From Dehalococcoidia bacterium (lineage in GTDB: Bacteria; Chloroflexota; Dehalococcoidia; GIF9; UBA5629): 64,000 nucleotides of DNA. Positions 10,697 through 18,698 of the stretch are shown here, one piece after another (positions within the stretch are counted from its first letter, which is position 1; the number at the start of each line of letters is the position of its first letter). A program made the translations under genes and the position numbers. The DNA lies in assembly GCA_050011565.1 (NCBI GenBank), contig JBEKIW010000002.1, positions 32,001-96,000 on the forward strand. The letters are read 5' to 3'. Under the pieces are notes generated by a model. The model worked only from the letters and a program-made list of their open reading frames with translations. It did not search any database and had not been told where the DNA came from.

Positions 10697-11131
10697 TTAC
10701 ACTACCTTTATCTGGTCTCCAGTCCTGACGGGTCCGCCTCGAATCACCCTGGCAAACACGCCCTCTTCCGGCATGATGCACTTGCCCACCTGCCGGTAGA
10801 TGGCACACCCGGTATGGCACTCCTTGCCGATTTGAGTGATTTCAAGGACGATTTGTTTACCGACCGATATCCTTGAGCCGACAGGAAGTGATATTAAGTC
10901 TATCTCCTCGGTGGTCAAATTTTCAGCGAAGTCACCCGGGTTGACGTCCAGCCCTAGAGCCCGCATCTTATCGATGCTTTCCACAGCCAGCAAGCTCACC
11001 TGGCGATGCGTGCAACAATCAGCATGAGCGTCGCCGACAAGGCCAAAGTCAGCCTGCAGAAGCCCTGCTCCTACGTCCTTCTTCTTTGTTCCCTTTTTAT
11101 CGCTTTTACAGACAGCGATTATTGTAGCCAT
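10697..11131 (-). CDS. MOSC domain protein (Moco sulfurase C-terminal-like)
   Basis: GLVGDAHA, RQVSLL, PGDFAENLT, LEITQIGKECH..C, CIMP.EGVF. Confidence 0.9.
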   Translation of the reverse strand: MATIIAVCKSDKKGTKKKDVGAGLLQADFGLVGDAHADCCTHRQVSLLAVESIDKMRALGLDVNPGDFAENLTTEEIDLISLPVGSRISVGKQIVLEITQIGKECHTGCAIYRQVGKCIMPEEGVFARVIRGGPVRTGDQIKVV

Positions 11132-11167
11132 GCGTATATGATAATTGCAGGTCTGGCTGAGATTTTT

Positions 11168-11323
11168 TTATAGCTCTTTACCTAGTATCTTTGCCTTGAG
11201 CGTCTCCCACTGTTCTCTGGTCAGGGTACACAGATTACCCTGTTCGCCTATTTCTACTTTGGTGTCGGTTACCTTGACCACCGGGCAGCAAGAGCCCTCT
11301 TTGCATAACGTTACGATTTTCAT
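11168..11323 (-). CDS. 51-aa Cys-containing hypothetical protein (possibly DUF397-like)
   Basis: Not in ORF track. MKIVTLCKEGSCCPVVKVTDTKVEIGEQGNLCTLTREQWETLKAKILGKEL; RBS GGAGG just upstream and a candidate promoter TCGACC-17-TATAAT further upstream. Confidence 0.75.
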   Translation of the reverse strand: MKIVTLCKEGSCCPVVKVTDTKVEIGEQGNLCTLTREQWETLKAKILGKEL

Positions 11324-11446
11324 CTTTCCTCCGTTTATAATTGTATTACTTGTACCCGAAGTGCGGGTTTCAATGTATTAATTATAGCCCTCTTTAACTA
11401 GTTGGTCGAATGAATGATAAATTCGTAGCATTTATCAATCCCCTCC

Positions 11447-11523
11447 TGTCATTGTGAGCGAAGCGTGGCAATCTCACGTTCCCCCACCGAGATTGCTTCG
11501 GGGATTTGCCCCTTGCAATGACA
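11447..11523 (+). repeat. 77-bp palindromic REP-like element (TGTCATTG...GCAATGACA), copy 1
   Basis: Terminal inverted repeats and internal GCAATCTC/GAGATTGC stem; 70/77 identical (hand count) to the reverse complement of 48863-48939. Confidence 0.9.
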
Positions 11524-11534
11524 ATATCCGAACC

Positions 11535-12605
11535 CTAAAACTTCCCGCTGTACTTCTCAAGAGACGCGTAGAAAGCTTTCCAGAACGGATCAACGATAGG
11601 GTGCTCCAGCTTCTCTTCCCGCCCCCCTCGTACCAGCACCACCCCGCGTTTCGGCTCGGTGAACTCACCGACAATAGAAGCTTTAATACCTTTTTGATGC
11701 AGCGCCTTTAATATATCCTTGGCTCTGTGTTCCCGGCAGGATATGATTAGAGTGCCTTCGCTGATGGAAGCATAAGGGTCGATGCCAAAATACTGGCATA
11801 TCTCCAGCACGCAATCCTCAACTACTATACTTTTCATTTCGACCCTGACCCCCAGATTGGCAGCCTGTGCAATTTCATATAGTCCGCCCCATATACCGCA
11901 TTCAGTGGCATCATGCATGGCAGTAACACCATTGTCTCTTATCCCGATACTCACCGCTGTCATGGCATCATCAACGACCGACATCTTGTAGAAAATCTGC
12001 TGAGCTTTCTTATTGAAATCCTTGCCGAACTCACGTTCAATAAGCTCGGGAAACATGGTGGCGAAAATGCCCGTCGCCTCAATAGCGGGGCCCTTGGTAA
12101 TGATTATCTTGTCTCCGGCACGCGCCAGCCTGGGAGTGACATACTCATCCTTACTGCCGATGCCAACCATGGTAGCGCCGCCAACCATGGGATAATGGCA
12201 GTTCTCATACCTGCCCGTATGTCCGGTGATAACTGAAATACCCAGCTTAACGCACTCACGGTGCATAGTTTTCCACATTATTTCCAGTTGCTCACCGGTC
12301 ATCTCCATTGGAAGATTCAAGTCAATGGACAGAAAGCCAGGTTTCAGTCCACTGGTCACAGAATCAGAGGCAATGATGTGAATGGCAAACCAGGCTGCCC
12401 TCTCCCATCCATATTCAGGCACAATAAATACGGGGTCACAGGTAAATGAAACCGCCCTATCTCCGATTTCCACAATGCCAACATCCACTCCGTTCTGAGG
12501 ACCTACCAGAACCTTGTCATTCTTAGCTCCCAGACGAGTAGATATAAGCTCATCAAAGAGCCTGGACGAAATTTTTCCTATCTCCGGCATTGCGCTCACC
12601 GACAC
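11535..12605 (-). CDS. AIR synthase-related protein (PurM/HypE/ThiL/SelD superfamily)
   Basis: GKIS, GP..GVD.G, CDP, SDSVTSG, ITGHT, AMHDATECGIWGGLYEIA, SISEGTL. Confidence 0.85.
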   Translation of the reverse strand: MSVSAMPEIGKISSRLFDELISTRLGAKNDKVLVGPQNGVDVGIVEIGDRAVSFTCDPVFIVPEYGWERAAWFAIHIIASDSVTSGLKPGFLSIDLNLPMEMTGEQLEIMWKTMHRECVKLGISVITGHTGRYENCHYPMVGGATMVGIGSKDEYVTPRLARAGDKIIITKGPAIEATGIFATMFPELIEREFGKDFNKKAQQIFYKMSVVDDAMTAVSIGIRDNGVTAMHDATECGIWGGLYEIAQAANLGVRVEMKSIVVEDCVLEICQYFGIDPYASISEGTLIISCREHRAKDILKALHQKGIKASIVGEFTEPKRGVVLVRGGREEKLEHPIVDPFWKAFYASLEKYSGKF

Positions 12606-12633
12606 ATATTCCTGATTTACAGACTGTCAGTGG

Positions 12634-13800
12634 TTAATTTGCGGTTTTCATAAGTGGTGACATGGCTCTGAGCTTGGAGATTATTCCAGGAAGTACATCC
12701 AGAACCTTACTTATGTCTTCTTCAGTAGTCCATTTCCCTAGGGTGAATCGCAAGGAGCTATGCGCTTGTAAATGCGGCAGCCCCATCGCCACCAGAACGT
12801 GCGATGGCTCGAGGTCCGCTGAGCTGCAGGCTGAACCCGTGGAGGCACAGATTCCATCCAAATCCAAATTTAACAGAATCGATTCCCCTTCCACATAATT
12901 GATGCTAACGTTTACATTGTTGGGCAACCTTTTAACGGGATGGCCATTCAGTTGCGTGTACTCGATGCCCTCCAGTATACCTTCGATTAGCCGGTCACGA
13001 AGAGCAGTTAATTTCTGAGCTTCCTCCAGCATCTCCTGCTGGGCGATTTCAGCAGCTTTGCCAAAGCCGACAATGCCAGGCACGTTCTCAGTGCTGGCTC
13101 GCCTACCTCTCTCCTGATTGCCGCCGTGCATAAAGGAGCTTATTCTGGTGCCCTTTCTGATATAAAGTACACCGACGCCCTTAGGCCCATAAAGCTTATG
13201 CGCCGAAATGGAAAGCAGGTCAACGTTCGACTTATTCACATCTAGCGGGATATGCCCTACCGTCTGCACGGCATCGGTATGGAAATAAATCTCAGCCTCT
13301 CTGGCGATATTTCCGATTTCGGCTATCGGTTCTATGGTGCCGCACTCATTGTTGGCATGCATGATTGAGACAAGGATAGTCCTTTTTGTAATTGCCTTCT
13401 TGACATCAGTGGGGTCAACCAGACCATAGCCGTCCACGGGAAGATAAGTTACCGAAAATCCCTGTTTCTCCAGAAACTTGCAGGTTTCCAGTACGGCATG
13501 ATGTTCGATTGAGCTGGTGATGATATGATTTCCTTTGGCTTGCCGTGACAACGCCACACCCTCAACGGCAAAGTTGTCCGCTTCCGTACCGCTGCCGGTA
13601 AAAACAATCTCCTCGCTTCTGGCACCGATAAGAGCCGCAACTTTACTGCGCGCTCTTTCAATAGCGTCTTTAGCCTCCTGGCCATATGAATGTATGCTGG
13701 ATGGATTACCGAACGAATCGGCAAAATAAGGCAACATCGCCTTCATTACCTCGGGATGTGTCGGCGTGGTGGCCGCATAATCCAGATATATTCTTTTCAC
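12634..13800 (-). CDS. iscS: Cysteine desulfurase (IscS/NifS type)
   Basis: IYLDYAATTP, FGNPSS, SGTEADN, HTDAVQ, SAHKLYGPKG, STGSACSS. Confidence 0.95.
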   Translation of the reverse strand: MKRIYLDYAATTPTHPEVMKAMLPYFADSFGNPSSIHSYGQEAKDAIERARSKVAALIGARSEEIVFTGSGTEADNFAVEGVALSRQAKGNHIITSSIEHHAVLETCKFLEKQGFSVTYLPVDGYGLVDPTDVKKAITKRTILVSIMHANNECGTIEPIAEIGNIAREAEIYFHTDAVQTVGHIPLDVNKSNVDLLSISAHKLYGPKGVGVLYIRKGTRISSFMHGGNQERGRRASTENVPGIVGFGKAAEIAQQEMLEEAQKLTALRDRLIEGILEGIEYTQLNGHPVKRLPNNVNVSINYVEGESILLNLDLDGICASTGSACSSADLEPSHVLVAMGLPHLQAHSSLRFTLGKWTTEEDISKVLDVLPGIISKLRAMSPLMKTAN

Positions 13801-13803
13801 GTG

Positions 13804-14046
13804 TTAGCCTTCAACAATATCTCCGACTATGGGGTCGACTCTAACCCCCTCCTCTTTAACCCAGCTAATTCCGGCGTCGATTTCCTTGTCCTCACCCTCC
13901 AGTTCCAGAACCACCCAACCCCTGTCTTCCGATACATCGGCACGACGTATGTTTGTCACTACTTCAAATTTATGCGATAGCTGATAAATGATAGGCTCCT
14001 TAATCAGCTTACGCGGAAAGGTGAACATTACTTGTCGCTTAGACAT
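13804..14046 (-). CDS. Stand-alone NIL domain protein
   Basis: EPIIYQL..KF.V.TNIRRADV...GWVVLELEG...I.W..E.GV.V, a NIL (ACT-like) pattern; RBS GGAGGG. Confidence 0.85.
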   Translation of the reverse strand: MSKRQVMFTFPRKLIKEPIIYQLSHKFEVVTNIRRADVSEDRGWVVLELEGEDKEIDAGISWVKEEGVRVDPIVGDIVEG

Positions 14047-14100
14047 CGTGCCCTCCTATCTTCATCTCCGATAAAGATTAACCCATCAGGCGCCTTGATT

Positions 14101-15336
14101 TCAAACCTGCACACCAAGCACCTCATTGAACGACTCTAAATTGGGCTGGACATGGAAGGTGTGAACGACATCTGAAACAATCTCTTGCGTCCTTGGTCCG
14201 GCCCCCGTAATAAAAGCGACCGTAAGTTGGTCCTTTTTAATGGCTCCGGCAGCAGCCAGCTTCTTAACCCCGGCAATCACTACTCCACCCGCAGCTTCAG
14301 CAAAAATACCCTCGGTCTGTGCCAGTAATTTCATCCCTTCAATAGCTTCTTCATCAGTGGCACTTGAAGCCCCACCGCCCGATTGCCTGGCGACCATTAA
14401 AGCGTAATAACCATCAGCCGGATTGCCAATGGCTATCGAAGTAACGATAGTACTCGGCGTCACCGGATGGACGTGAAGGCTGCCAGCTTCAAAGGCGTGT
14501 ACGATCGGTGAGCTGCCTGAAGCCTGGGTAAGGTACATATGGGTATTTACCGGCCCTATGAGCTTGAGGGTAGATAATTCTTGCAGTCCTTTCCAAATCC
14601 GGGTAAAAAGTAGACCTGAAGCCGCAGGCGCCACCACACACTCCGGCGGCCGCCAGCCTAATTGCTCAGCCACCTCAAATCCCAGTGTCTTGCTGCCCTC
14701 GGCATAGTATGGCCGGAGGTTTATGTTGATAAAGCCCCAGTTATATCTCTGCGCTAACTCGGCGCAGAGACGGTTGACATCATCGTAGCTTCCATCAACG
14801 GTAACTAGGTTCGGTTTATATATGGCTACACCGACGAGCTTGCCTGGTTCCACATTGGCCGGGACAAATACATAAGCTTTCATGTTCGCCTTGGCTGCAT
14901 GGGCCGCCACACTGGCAGCCAGATTGCCTGTTGAGGCGCAGGCCACAGTATCAAAACCGAACTCACGCGCCTTGGTGACGGCAACGGAAACTGCCCTGTC
15001 CTTAAAAGAATATGTGGGATTGAGGCAGTCATTCTTTATGTAAAGCTCGTTCAACCCCAGCTCACGCCCCAGGTTATCAGCTTTCAGCAAAGGGGTAAAG
15101 CCGGTGCCGATGTCAATCTCCCCCTTGCCTTCAACGGGTAGTAAATCCCGATAGCGCCACATGGTAGCAGGACCTTCGGAGATTTTCTCGTGACTGAGTA
15201 CGCCAGCCAAAGCCTTATAGTCGTAGTTAACCTCGACCGGGCTAAGGCAAAAATCGCAGACCTTCATCGGTTGTAAAGGGTATTCCTGTCCACATTTTCG
15301 ACAGCGCAAACCTGTGGCGTATGACAAATTACACAT
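14101..15336 (-). CDS. thrC: Threonine synthase-like PLP enzyme with N-terminal zinc ribbon
   Basis: CRKC...CDFC ribbon, GFTPL, NPTYSFKDR (PLP Lys), CASTGNLAASVAA, AEGSKT, IAIGNPADG. Confidence 0.85.
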   Translation of the reverse strand: MCNLSYATGLRCRKCGQEYPLQPMKVCDFCLSPVEVNYDYKALAGVLSHEKISEGPATMWRYRDLLPVEGKGEIDIGTGFTPLLKADNLGRELGLNELYIKNDCLNPTYSFKDRAVSVAVTKAREFGFDTVACASTGNLAASVAAHAAKANMKAYVFVPANVEPGKLVGVAIYKPNLVTVDGSYDDVNRLCAELAQRYNWGFININLRPYYAEGSKTLGFEVAEQLGWRPPECVVAPAASGLLFTRIWKGLQELSTLKLIGPVNTHMYLTQASGSSPIVHAFEAGSLHVHPVTPSTIVTSIAIGNPADGYYALMVARQSGGGASSATDEEAIEGMKLLAQTEGIFAEAAGGVVIAGVKKLAAAGAIKKDQLTVAFITGAGPRTQEIVSDVVHTFHVQPNLESFNEVLGVQV

Positions 15337-15381
15337 CTTACTATACGGAGCTATCTGACTATTCGGTTCGTATTAGTACAT

Positions 15382-15410
15382 AAGATACCTGCTATTTACC
15401 AAACGCGCAA
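15382..15410 (-). promoter_or_regulatory. Putative promoter of the thrC-like-NIL-iscS unit
   Basis: Minus strand TTGCGC-17 nt-TATCTT; coordinates approximate. Confidence 0.4.
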
Positions 15411-15453
15411 GCAGCCCGCTACAAATTCTACTGGTAATTGATAAGTACCGGCT

Positions 15454-16017
15454 CTAAGGCCAGCCCGGGTTAATAGTATTTTCGTAGGCGACCACAAGGT
15501 CTGCCTGCTTCATTATTATGTTTCCATTTGTAATTTCGTATGGAACTAATGCTTTGGGATAATCAACGCAAGCCCCCTGAATTCCATTACCTGTATCGGC
15601 TTTGAAAGTAGTGGCACACCGGTCGCATACCAGAGTATTGCCGTCCAGAGAGTAGCCTATGGAGCGACACGGCGGACAAACATCTGCCCGAACATATATC
15701 TTATTATTCAACAAGTATGCCATGAAATTCATTGTGCCAGCTTGTGCATTCACCGCAAACTGTGTATTCCAGTCACTCTCGATATCGCTCACCGGAATCG
15801 AGACTGAGTCACCATTGACCTGAGCCTCAATTATTTTAGCCTTTATTGGTCCTGATGGCTTCTGAGTCGTTGCCTGGATGGTCTGAGGTGCAGATGATGG
15901 AGTTGATGCTGATGGCTGTGTTCCAGTAGTTGACGGCACTGCGGCCGAGTTAGCACAGGCGACGGCTATCAACATCAGCATCAATGTCGAAAGACCTATC
16001 CCGATTTTCTTTAACAT
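15454..16017 (-). CDS. Lipoprotein with DUF2318-like (putative Fe-S) domain
   Basis: Lipobox IAVAC, S/T/P linker, DVCPPC...GY...LVCDRC...GAC..P..VPY motif of DUF2318. Confidence 0.75.
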   Translation of the reverse strand: MLKKIGIGLSTLMLMLIAVACANSAAVPSTTGTQPSASTPSSAPQTIQATTQKPSGPIKAKIIEAQVNGDSVSIPVSDIESDWNTQFAVNAQAGTMNFMAYLLNNKIYVRADVCPPCRSIGYSLDGNTLVCDRCATTFKADTGNGIQGACVDYPKALVPYEITNGNIIMKQADLVVAYENTINPGWP

Positions 16018-16119
16018 AAGTTATTTCCTCCCTGTTATTTATAGTTCAATGTTAGCTTTGTTAGAATGGCGAGCCTTGATTCAGATATGCATTATAAATT
16101 CCCTTTCTGCATTATATTT

Positions 16120-16710
16120 CTATCTACCACAACAGCCACAACCACCAGTTGGGCGAGGCTGGGTAGCGGGACTATTCTGAATTCCCGTTCCGCAGCAACC
16201 TGCGCCTGTCTGTCCGAGTGCGGGAGATGTCGTCTGATTGCCTACCGCGCAGCAACCGGCAACAGTCTGACCGGGTATAGCAGGCAGTTGATTAACGGGC
16301 CCGGCTGCTATCGACTCAGCTACGACAAATTGACTGACAAGCTGACCTAAGGAAACTTTGTATGTTCCCGGTGCATCCTTGAATATCACGAAGGTCAAAG
16401 TCTGGGTTTTTCCGGCAGGCACCAACACTTTGTCCGAAGACTCGGTAACATTGTTTATCTTGAGTTCCGACTTATAAGTATCATCAACACTGGTAACATT
16501 TGTTACCTCAGCAGTTATGACTACTTCGTCTCGGGCAGCAACCTCGGGTGGATTTATTGATAAGCCGGATAATTGAAACGCCGCCGCTTTGCCCGCTTCT
16601 GCCTCTGGCCTCGCGCCAAGTTCATTCAAACTGGTACATGACAGCATCAGTCCGGCAATGGCAAAAGTCGCTATAGGGAAAAGCACAATCTGTTTGGCTT
16701 TATTTGTCAT
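16120..16710 (-). CDS. Lipoprotein with CARDB/Ig-like domain and Cys-Cys repeat tail
   Basis: Lipobox LMLSC; LSINP.EV..VVITAEVTN...PGTYKV beta-sandwich; tail GQTVAGCC...GQTGAGCC...GGCGCCGR. Confidence 0.7.
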   Translation of the reverse strand: MTNKAKQIVLFPIATFAIAGLMLSCTSLNELGARPEAEAGKAAAFQLSGLSINPPEVAARDEVVITAEVTNVTSVDDTYKSELKINNVTESSDKVLVPAGKTQTLTFVIFKDAPGTYKVSLGQLVSQFVVAESIAAGPVNQLPAIPGQTVAGCCAVGNQTTSPALGQTGAGCCGTGIQNSPATQPRPTGGCGCCGR

Positions 16711-17399
16711 CTCTTTCTTGGCCTCCTTACTTTCTGGTTGATTTTCTTAACGATCTTCCCGTCTTGCAGAAATACCGTGGTATTGGCAAAATTGGCTATT
16801 TCAGGGTCGTGAGTAACCATAATGATGCCGTGCCCTTCTTTATGCAGTTGAGTAAACAATTTCAAAATTTCGCCACCTGTCTTCCGGTCCATATTGCCCG
16901 TTGGTTCGTCAGCCAGTATGAGTGACGGCATACTGACCAAGGCTCTGGCGATAGCTACTCTCTGTTGTTCACCGCCGCTCAATTGGCTGGGTTTATGTCC
17001 TGTCCTTTTCCCCAAACCAACCTTCTCCAATATTTCCAGAGCCCTGTCTTCCTCTTTGCCGGCTCCGCAAAACACCAGCGGCAAAAGCACATTTTCAAGC
17101 GCCGTAAGGGACGTGAGCAGATGGTACTGTTGAAAAACATAGGCAATTTTCCCCCGTCTAATATCGACTAATGCATTTTCATCTAAATTATCGATGCGCT
17201 TTTCGTCCAAAAGAACCTCACCACTCGTAGGACTGTCTAGGCCGCCTATAATATTCAAAAAGGTGCTTTTACCGCTGCCGGAAGGTCCCATAATGGCTAC
17301 AAAATTACCCTGTTCCACACTGAATGAAACTTTATCCAGGGCAACTACGCGAGCGGCTCCCTCGCCGTAAATCTTTGATATTTCTCTAAGTTCTAACAT
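16707..17399 (-). CDS. ABC transporter ATP-binding protein (LolD/MacB family)
   Basis: GPSGSGKST, LSGGEQQRVAIARAL, LADEPTGN, VTHD. Confidence 0.95.
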   Translation of the reverse strand: MLELREISKIYGEGAARVVALDKVSFSVEQGNFVAIMGPSGSGKSTFLNIIGGLDSPTSGEVLLDEKRIDNLDENALVDIRRGKIAYVFQQYHLLTSLTALENVLLPLVFCGAGKEEDRALEILEKVGLGKRTGHKPSQLSGGEQQRVAIARALVSMPSLILADEPTGNMDRKTGGEILKLFTQLHKEGHGIIMVTHDPEIANFANTTVFLQDGKIVKKINQKVRRPRKR

Positions 17400-17409
17400 A
17401 TCACTTACC

Positions 17410-18600
17410 TCACAAAGACCTGAAAGAATCTGCGACCTTAATCTGGGTGGCGCGAAATGCCGGATATACGGTGGCTATTACAGCTACAGCAATAGCCAGG
17501 ACCAATGCCAGGGCAAAATACTGGGGAACCAAAGCAATGGTCGTACCTTCAAAAACTAGAGGCCCTGCTATGTATGCCAACAAGGTTCCCACAATGTATC
17601 CTAAAATGCCCCCGATTATTCCAATGATGATAGCCTCGTAAATAAAGGCTTTCACTATCTGGCTTCGCGAAGCTCCTACAGCTCGCATTATCCCGATATC
17701 TTTGATTCTTTCATTGACCGAGGTCATCATGGTATTGACCACTCCAAACAGGCCAACAGCAAGTGTGATTCCGGCCAAAGTCAGCATGAACTTGCTCATC
17801 TTTTCCATCATCCCCATTTCAGTCGCCGCTATCTGTTTTACAGCAACTGCACGAACTCCTGGAATATCTTTATTTATGCCGTCGGCTATTGTTTCTACAG
17901 GGCAGGCGTTGCAAAGAGCTCGAATGTCTACCGATGAAACCAGACCCTCCCTACCGGAAGCCTTTTGTAGAGTATCTATCGGAACAAACACCTGATAATC
18001 ATCATTTGAGCCCGTCTCCTCGAGGATACCGGCGACCGTTACATTAGTTCCATCGAGCGGGATAACGTCTCCTATGTTAAGCTTCAAAATCTCAGCAGCA
18101 ATGGCACCCACCAGCGCCTGGTCTTTTTGTTCCAGATATTTCCCTTCGTGAACTTTCCACCACGTCTTGATTTTGATCTCCTCCTGCGGGTCTATTCCGA
18201 CTACCATCACCGATGTATCTCCTATCTTGGTATTGATGTACAGGTTTGGAGCAATTGTTGCAATATTTCCCTCGTCTTCTATCTTCATCGCCTTTCTTAT
18301 TTCACCATCAGCTATCTGTCTAATCAAGGGTAATTTTTCTTCAGAAATGTAGTTATCTCCAACGGCCAGCATACCAAGTCTCACATCGCCTAGCTTCATA
18401 TCCAAATTGTTTATTGCCGGTATGACTGCCAGATTAGGCCCATATTTCTCCAGCTGATTATATATTCTGGCTTGCCCGGCACTGGCAACTGTTAGTATAC
18501 CGACAACTGTCGCCGTTCCGATAATCACACCAATGGTGGCATACAATACCCGCCTTTTCCTTCGAATCACATCCTTCACAACCACTTGATATAGTTTCAT
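17410..18600 (-). CDS. ABC transporter permease (MacB/FtsX family) with an extracytoplasmic CxxC
   Basis: N-terminal TM, large external domain, SVNERIKDIGIMRAVGA, C-terminal TMs; RALCNACP motif. Confidence 0.92.
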   Translation of the reverse strand: MKLYQVVVKDVIRRKRRVLYATIGVIIGTATVVGILTVASAGQARIYNQLEKYGPNLAVIPAINNLDMKLGDVRLGMLAVGDNYISEEKLPLIRQIADGEIRKAMKIEDEGNIATIAPNLYINTKIGDTSVMVVGIDPQEEIKIKTWWKVHEGKYLEQKDQALVGAIAAEILKLNIGDVIPLDGTNVTVAGILEETGSNDDYQVFVPIDTLQKASGREGLVSSVDIRALCNACPVETIADGINKDIPGVRAVAVKQIAATEMGMMEKMSKFMLTLAGITLAVGLFGVVNTMMTSVNERIKDIGIMRAVGASRSQIVKAFIYEAIIIGIIGGILGYIVGTLLAYIAGPLVFEGTTIALVPQYFALALVLAIAVAVIATVYPAFRATQIKVADSFRSL

Positions 18601-18638
18601 CGTCTCTCCTTCCGGTTCCGTTTTGCCCTAATTTTTGA

Positions 18639-18681
18639 ATATTAACAGCCAACTATGAAGATATTATGAATTTATGATGAA
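18639..18681 (-). promoter_or_regulatory. Three TTCAT(A/C) direct repeats at 11-bp period plus extended -10 (OmpR/PhoB-type promoter)
   Basis: Minus strand TTCATC-ATAAA-TTCATA-ATATC-TTCATA, then 9 nt to TAATAT preceded by TG-n. Confidence 0.6.
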
Positions 18682-18698
18682 AATCCGGTGAACCTTTC

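Noticed and set aside
11454-11711. ORF 11454-11711, and likewise 48449-49006
   Set aside because: Translations of the palindromic repeat and of antisense coding sequence.
11535-12605. selD, hypE or thiL call
   Set aside because: No SelD N-terminal C/U-x-x-K, no HypE C-terminal PRIC and no hydrogenase or thiamine context; left at superfamily level.
16088-16116. TGCATTATA repeated 20 bp apart
   Set aside because: Short and AT-rich; could be an internal -10 but is not distinguishable from chance.
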